From the IMG/VR virus record IMGVR_UViG_3300033388_000817: DNA of 20,000 nucleotides, one strand, 5' to 3'. Every line of letters begins with the position of its first letter. The stretch's first letter is position 1. This document shows positions 16,786 through 20,000 of this stretch, one piece after another. The translations under genes and the position numbers were made by a program. The notes under the pieces were generated by a model. That model was not told where the DNA came from. It made no database searches and saw only the letters and a list, made by a program, of their open reading frames with translations. This stretch comes from an uncultured virus (IMG/VR IMGVR_UViG_3300033388_000817) (taxonomy: Duplodnaviria; Heunggongvirae; Uroviricota; Caudoviricetes; Crassvirales).

Positions 16786-17024
16786 AATCCTGATTTTTTA
16801 AGGAAGTAATTGTATACTTCTGGTATATGCTTTTTGTAATAAGGTTGCTCTTGTGCTACCCAACGCTTAAGACTTTGTTTGTCATGAAACGGAGCACACA
16901 TATTAAACACAGGTTCTATGTCATCAATAAAGTCGCCGACTGTCCAGCCTTCCCATATATGTTTATCTCTATTTATCATATTTTGTATTGTGTTAAAATA
17001 TCTATCTGCTAATGGATCATTCAT
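16782..17024 (-). CDS. Hypothetical protein
   Basis: MNDPLADRYF...HIWEGWTVGDFID... The start at 17024 is preferred because 17180 lies deep inside the ligase. Confidence 0.7.
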   Translation of the reverse strand: MNDPLADRYFNTIQNMINRDKHIWEGWTVGDFIDDIEPVFNMCAPFHDKQSLKRWVAQEQPYYKKHIPEVYNYFLKKSGL

Positions 17025-17859
17025 AATTTCTAAGGGTTTTAAATAATGGATGTCTGTAACTACCGGCTTTAGTACGTTCAAAGTACGTAAAAGTTGCACG
17101 TTCGCCAATATAATCGTGTATATTATTAAGTATATTAGCAAGATCTTTATAGTTGTAACCTTTACCTGGAGGACAACCAAATTCTACACCTTTATCATCT
17201 TGCATCATAAATTTGCCAAGAGTACCTGTGCGTTTACCTTTACCTGGCACGTAACCTACAATAGTAGCTTCTGCATCATGGAAGTCTTTGAATTTTTGTA
17301 AACCATAAGAGCGTTTGTTTTGATATTTTGTATCTAAGCGCAGTATAGAACCTTCGTAATCTTTTTCTAAAAAACTTTTATGTTTTAGATTAGCATGACC
17401 GTTAGAAGTAACTCGCCATGTTGGAACATATTTTACACAATAAGAATACATATCACTAACGCTTAGATTTTGCATTCTTTGCGAATAGGGTTCGTTACCA
17501 TTAGCGTAATCGTAACAATGAAATTGTACTAATTTTTTAGATTTAGAACGCATATAAGTGGTTGGCTTTTGAGTTCTAACTAATGATATAATTTTTTCGA
17601 AGTCGTTACGTAGTTCGTGATTGTACAATTCACCGTCTAATATAGCATCTGGATGTTCTGCAAACCAAGGTTTAAGATCTTTTAATATGTGTCTTATATT
17701 AAGCCAAGGTTTACCTGTACGTGAGTAAGCTATTACCTTTCCTGTTTTGTCGAGCTGTATAACACAGCGGACACCATCAAGTTTTGGTTGCATAAACACT
17801 TTCTCGGACCAGTCGACGGGTTTTTTGCCTACTTTGTATGCGAGCATTGGTTTTATCAT
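17017..17859 (-). CDS. ATP-dependent DNA ligase (minimal)
   Basis: IKPMLA, motif I QPKLDGVR, LDGELY, FHCYD, EGSILR, LQKFKDF and OB-fold RHPLF. Confidence 0.95.
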   Translation of the reverse strand: MIKPMLAYKVGKKPVDWSEKVFMQPKLDGVRCVIQLDKTGKVIAYSRTGKPWLNIRHILKDLKPWFAEHPDAILDGELYNHELRNDFEKIISLVRTQKPTTYMRSKSKKLVQFHCYDYANGNEPYSQRMQNLSVSDMYSYCVKYVPTWRVTSNGHANLKHKSFLEKDYEGSILRLDTKYQNKRSYGLQKFKDFHDAEATIVGYVPGKGKRTGTLGKFMMQDDKGVEFGCPPGKGYNYKDLANILNNIHDYIGERATFTYFERTKAGSYRHPLFKTLRNYE

Positions 17860-18092
17860 AATTTATTTAATTTAGTTTCTATTCTTTTTATTTTATTTTG
17901 AATAACGGCACATTTTTGATACTCTTCCTGTTCTAAGTACGAAGACAATAGCGTCATAAGTCTTGCTAATTCAGCTAATAATGCTTGTTCTTCGTCTTCA
18001 TCGGGTGGTACAAATGACAAATCCGCGTGAGCTCGTTCGTATAGAAGTTGCGCCACGCGTTGTGCTATTTTTTCAATGTCTTTGTCTGTCAT
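17856..18092 (-). CDS. Hypothetical protein with UVR (UvrB/C)-like C-terminal motif
   Basis: YLEQEEYQKCAVIQNKI. Confidence 0.6.
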   Translation of the reverse strand: MTDKDIEKIAQRVAQLLYERAHADLSFVPPDEDEEQALLAELARLMTLLSSYLEQEEYQKCAVIQNKIKRIETKLNKL

Positions 18093-18108
18093 ATGTTTAT
18101 TATCATTT

Positions 18109-18579
18109 TTAGTTCGTATTTAGTTTGTAATGTTTCCAGTCAGTATAATCAAAGTTTTTAGGTTGAAACCAACCACTCTTCAATATATCACTTACTTTAC
18201 TTACAAATACACAAGAATTGTTGTATTGATTCCAGCATGTTATCCACACGTCTGGTTTACCTGTCCATATTGTGTAAGTGTAGTTATGATCTATATTCTC
18301 GTGAGAAGGGTATAAATACTGCGAATTATAATGAAAGTCTTTAACTAGGTGTGATGCTATTCTTGATGCATCATTAAACCTAGTAAAACCTTCATCTTCT
18401 TGCATATGTTTAACCCAGTTAGCTAGTTCTATAGCTCTATATTCAGGATAACCATCGTGATGTAAATACATATTTACATGGCTTTTGTCACTGACAACGC
18501 TTGGATTACAAGCAAAACCTAGGTCATTATCTTCCGCAGCCGACCTTGGGACTACCATAGTTACATTTCTTGTACTCAT
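18109..18579 (-). CDS. Conserved phage hypothetical protein (MSTR...YLHHDGYPE type)
   Basis: 156-aa ORF with MSTR start and Y.H.DGYP motif. Confidence 0.75.
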   Translation of the reverse strand: MSTRNVTMVVPRSAAEDNDLGFACNPSVVSDKSHVNMYLHHDGYPEYRAIELANWVKHMQEDEGFTRFNDASRIASHLVKDFHYNSQYLYPSHENIDHNYTYTIWTGKPDVWITCWNQYNNSCVFVSKVSDILKSGWFQPKNFDYTDWKHYKLNTN

Positions 18580-18593
18580 ATTATTTTAATTAG

Positions 18594-18666
18594 GTGCGCA
18601 GGGTGGATTCGAACCACCGACCTCTAGCTTATGAGGCTAGCGAGCTACCAACTGCTCTACCGCGCA
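18594..18666 (-). tRNA. tRNA with CAT anticodon (Met/fMet-like; identity atypical)
   Basis: Full cloverleaf: TGCGCGG TA GAGC AGTTGGTA GCTC G CTAGC CTCATAA GCTAG AGGTC GGTGG TTCGAAT CCACC CTGCGCA C. No encoded CCA. Confidence 0.92.
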
Positions 18667-18672
18667 ATATTA

Positions 18673-18747
18673 AGAGAGATGTGCCCACGAAGCGCTTCGT
18701 ATTTCTGTTTTTAGACAAGCCATGAACTGCATATCTGCCATCTCTCT
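18673..18747 (-). ncRNA. Candidate structured RNA immediately upstream of the tRNA
   Basis: A 9-bp closing stem AGAGAGATG/CATCTCTCT encloses two hairpins. It is intergenic and richer in GC than its flanks. Confidence 0.45.
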
Positions 18748-18755
18748 GTGTAAGT

Positions 18756-19025
18756 TTAGTCTAATAAGACCATATAGGCATTTACATTGTTTTTTCTAAA
18801 CCATGTTAACGCTTTTTGAAAGTCATTTATTAGGCTTTTGTCTTCTAGCCCCATTTCAAAAACAGCTTGTGTACCCATTATAAAATCATAAATGGATAAC
18901 TCTAGTCCGTTTAGATAAAAATCTTCTTTTGAAAAAGGATTTGTTACTGTTTCTCCTTTTGTGTATATTTCTCCATTGAACCATTTTGGTATTTCTTGTT
19001 TAATTTTCTGCTTTTTCATATTCAT
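18756..19025 (-). CDS. Hypothetical protein
   Basis: 89-aa ORF (or 87 aa from 19019) ending WFRKNNVNAYMVLLD. Confidence 0.75.
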   Translation of the reverse strand: MNMKKQKIKQEIPKWFNGEIYTKGETVTNPFSKEDFYLNGLELSIYDFIMGTQAVFEMGLEDKSLINDFQKALTWFRKNNVNAYMVLLD

Positions 19026-19446
19026 ATCCTTCTTCTATTAATTCGTTTTCAATTTCTTGTTTCATGTCGTTTACATAAGAGTCATATACTTCTGTAACCG
19101 CATCTTCCACGTAATAAGAATCCAGATCATCTACGTATATTAACTCGTTATAATCAGTCATAGCTTCAACTAGTTTGTCTGATAAATCGTTTTCGTAGTA
19201 GTGTACGTCTTCATTTATACATATATTTCTACCATCACCGTTTGTAGCAACCCATACTTCATAGCCATCTGCTGTTGTTTCAGTGTATATACTAAAGTCA
19301 GGTGTGCCATTCCAGTTGTCTGTTAGTTCAAAGTCGTAATGCTTTTGTATTACTTTAAGTGCTTCATCGTGTTCAATATCAAATTTTACACCGTGTGCTT
19401 CTAATCTTTTGTCGATTAGTTCTTCTGTTAATAATTTCTTTTTCAT
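19000..19446 (-). CDS. Hypothetical acidic protein
   Basis: 148-aa strongly Asp/Glu-rich ORF with an ATGA overlap to the upstream gene. Confidence 0.75.
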   Translation of the reverse strand: MKKKLLTEELIDKRLEAHGVKFDIEHDEALKVIQKHYDFELTDNWNGTPDFSIYTETTADGYEVWVATNGDGRNICINEDVHYYENDLSDKLVEAMTDYNELIYVDDLDSYYVEDAVTEVYDSYVNDMKQEIENELIEEGYEYEKAEN

Positions 19447-19679
19447 CTTTTTATAATTTTATCACCATACATGAAGCTGTAAGCAGACATATCGTAGCTA
19501 TTTATACTTGAATAAGTCATTAGATCTCTCATTTCATCGATAGTAAGTTCATGCCACATTAATTTTGACATTAGCGTGTATTTTAATCTTTTAGCACTGC
19601 TGTACTTTCTAGCACTAGCTTGCAATTCTGTTTTAACGTCGGGCAATAGATTGTCGTAGACTGTTTTTAATTTACTCAT
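19443..19679 (-). CDS. Hypothetical protein
   Basis: MSKLKTVYDNLLPDVK... The start at 19679 follows an A-rich leader, 17 nt after the upstream stop. Confidence 0.7.
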   Translation of the reverse strand: MSKLKTVYDNLLPDVKTELQASARKYSSAKRLKYTLMSKLMWHELTIDEMRDLMTYSSINSYDMSAYSFMYGDKIIKR

Positions 19680-19696
19680 TGTTTGTAATTTATAGT

Positions 19697-19999
19697 TTAA
19701 TAATTCCATACTGATACTCCACCATACATAGTCAAATTTCTCATATTGTAGTTTCTTTTGCAAAATTCTACTATATACATAAGTCTTGCAAGCGGATCAT
19801 TGATTAATTCTCTAGCGTGCACTATATATTTTAAAGTTTTTAGCTTACCGTCATTTATTACGGTGTATCTTTCTTCGCGTTTGTAAACTTTGTTTAGCTG
19901 ATATATTCTATCGCTAGAGTTACATCTTCTAACATAACCTGAAGTATAAGAAGCTAATTGATCGCCATTAGGCAACACAAATTGTCTTGTGCCGTTTTT
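19697..19999 (-). CDS. Hypothetical early protein, 5'-truncated by the window
   Basis: The frame is open to the window edge: KNGTRQFVLPNGDQLASYTSGYVRR... Confidence 0.7.
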   Translation of the reverse strand, partial: KNGTRQFVLPNGDQLASYTSGYVRRCNSSDRIYQLNKVYKREERYTVINDGKLKTLKYIVHARELINDPLARLMYIVEFCKRNYNMRNLTMYGGVSVWNY

Positions 20000-20000
20000 C

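Noticed and set aside
18093..18130. Possible early promoter-like motif ACAAACTAAATACGA...GATAATA upstream of 18092
   Set aside because: Only one copy was found in the window, so it cannot be supported as a repeated promoter from this sequence alone.
1..20000. Stop-codon reassignment as in some Crassvirales
   Set aside because: Genes tile densely under the standard code, and TAA, TAG and TGA all end conserved proteins at expected positions. No suppressor tRNA is present.
1..20000. CRISPR arrays, integrase, transposase, DGR or retron elements
   Set aside because: No repeat-spacer periodicity and no recombinase or reverse-transcriptase motifs were seen.

Overview
This AT-rich 20 kb window is part of a tailed dsDNA phage genome. 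The host is probably a Bacteroidota (Flavobacteriia-like) bacterium, inferred from A/T-rich start regions without Shine-Dalgarno motifs and from the SSB and holin types. There are two convergent arms. The + strand (1-4385) carries the end of a late module: the 3' part of a giant virion-type protein with a HAD-like motif at the window edge, a T7-lysozyme-like amidase, small basic proteins, a putative holin and a cationic peptide. The - strand (4467-20000) carries an early/middle replication and nucleotide module. It includes small early ORFs, a CAT-anticodon tRNA, ATP-dependent DNA ligase, a DenV-like glycosylase, an HTH protein, a sigma-70-type factor, ERF, a RecE-like exonuclease, SSB and a Twinkle/T7-gp4-like primase-helicase. 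It also includes a thymidylate-synthase-fold enzyme, MazG-like proteins, an endonuclease I-like resolvase, and class I RNR beta and alpha genes with a 2OG-Fe(II) oxygenase between them. Five points stand out. (1) The thyA-like gene has the Asp signature and motifs of a T4 gp42-type dCMP hydroxymethylase and sits beside a GIY-YIG-like/MazG fusion, which suggests a cytosine-modification cassette. (2) The primase-helicase frame extends through its Zn finger but has no in-frame ATG; the obvious start (ATG CAG ACA TGA) is one base out of frame. (3) An unannotated structured RNA abuts an atypical CAT tRNA. (4) An inverted repeat sequesters the start codon of the HTH gene. (5) The lysis region lacks spanins but has a cationic amphipathic peptide. 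All family calls come from reading motifs by eye; no database searches were run.
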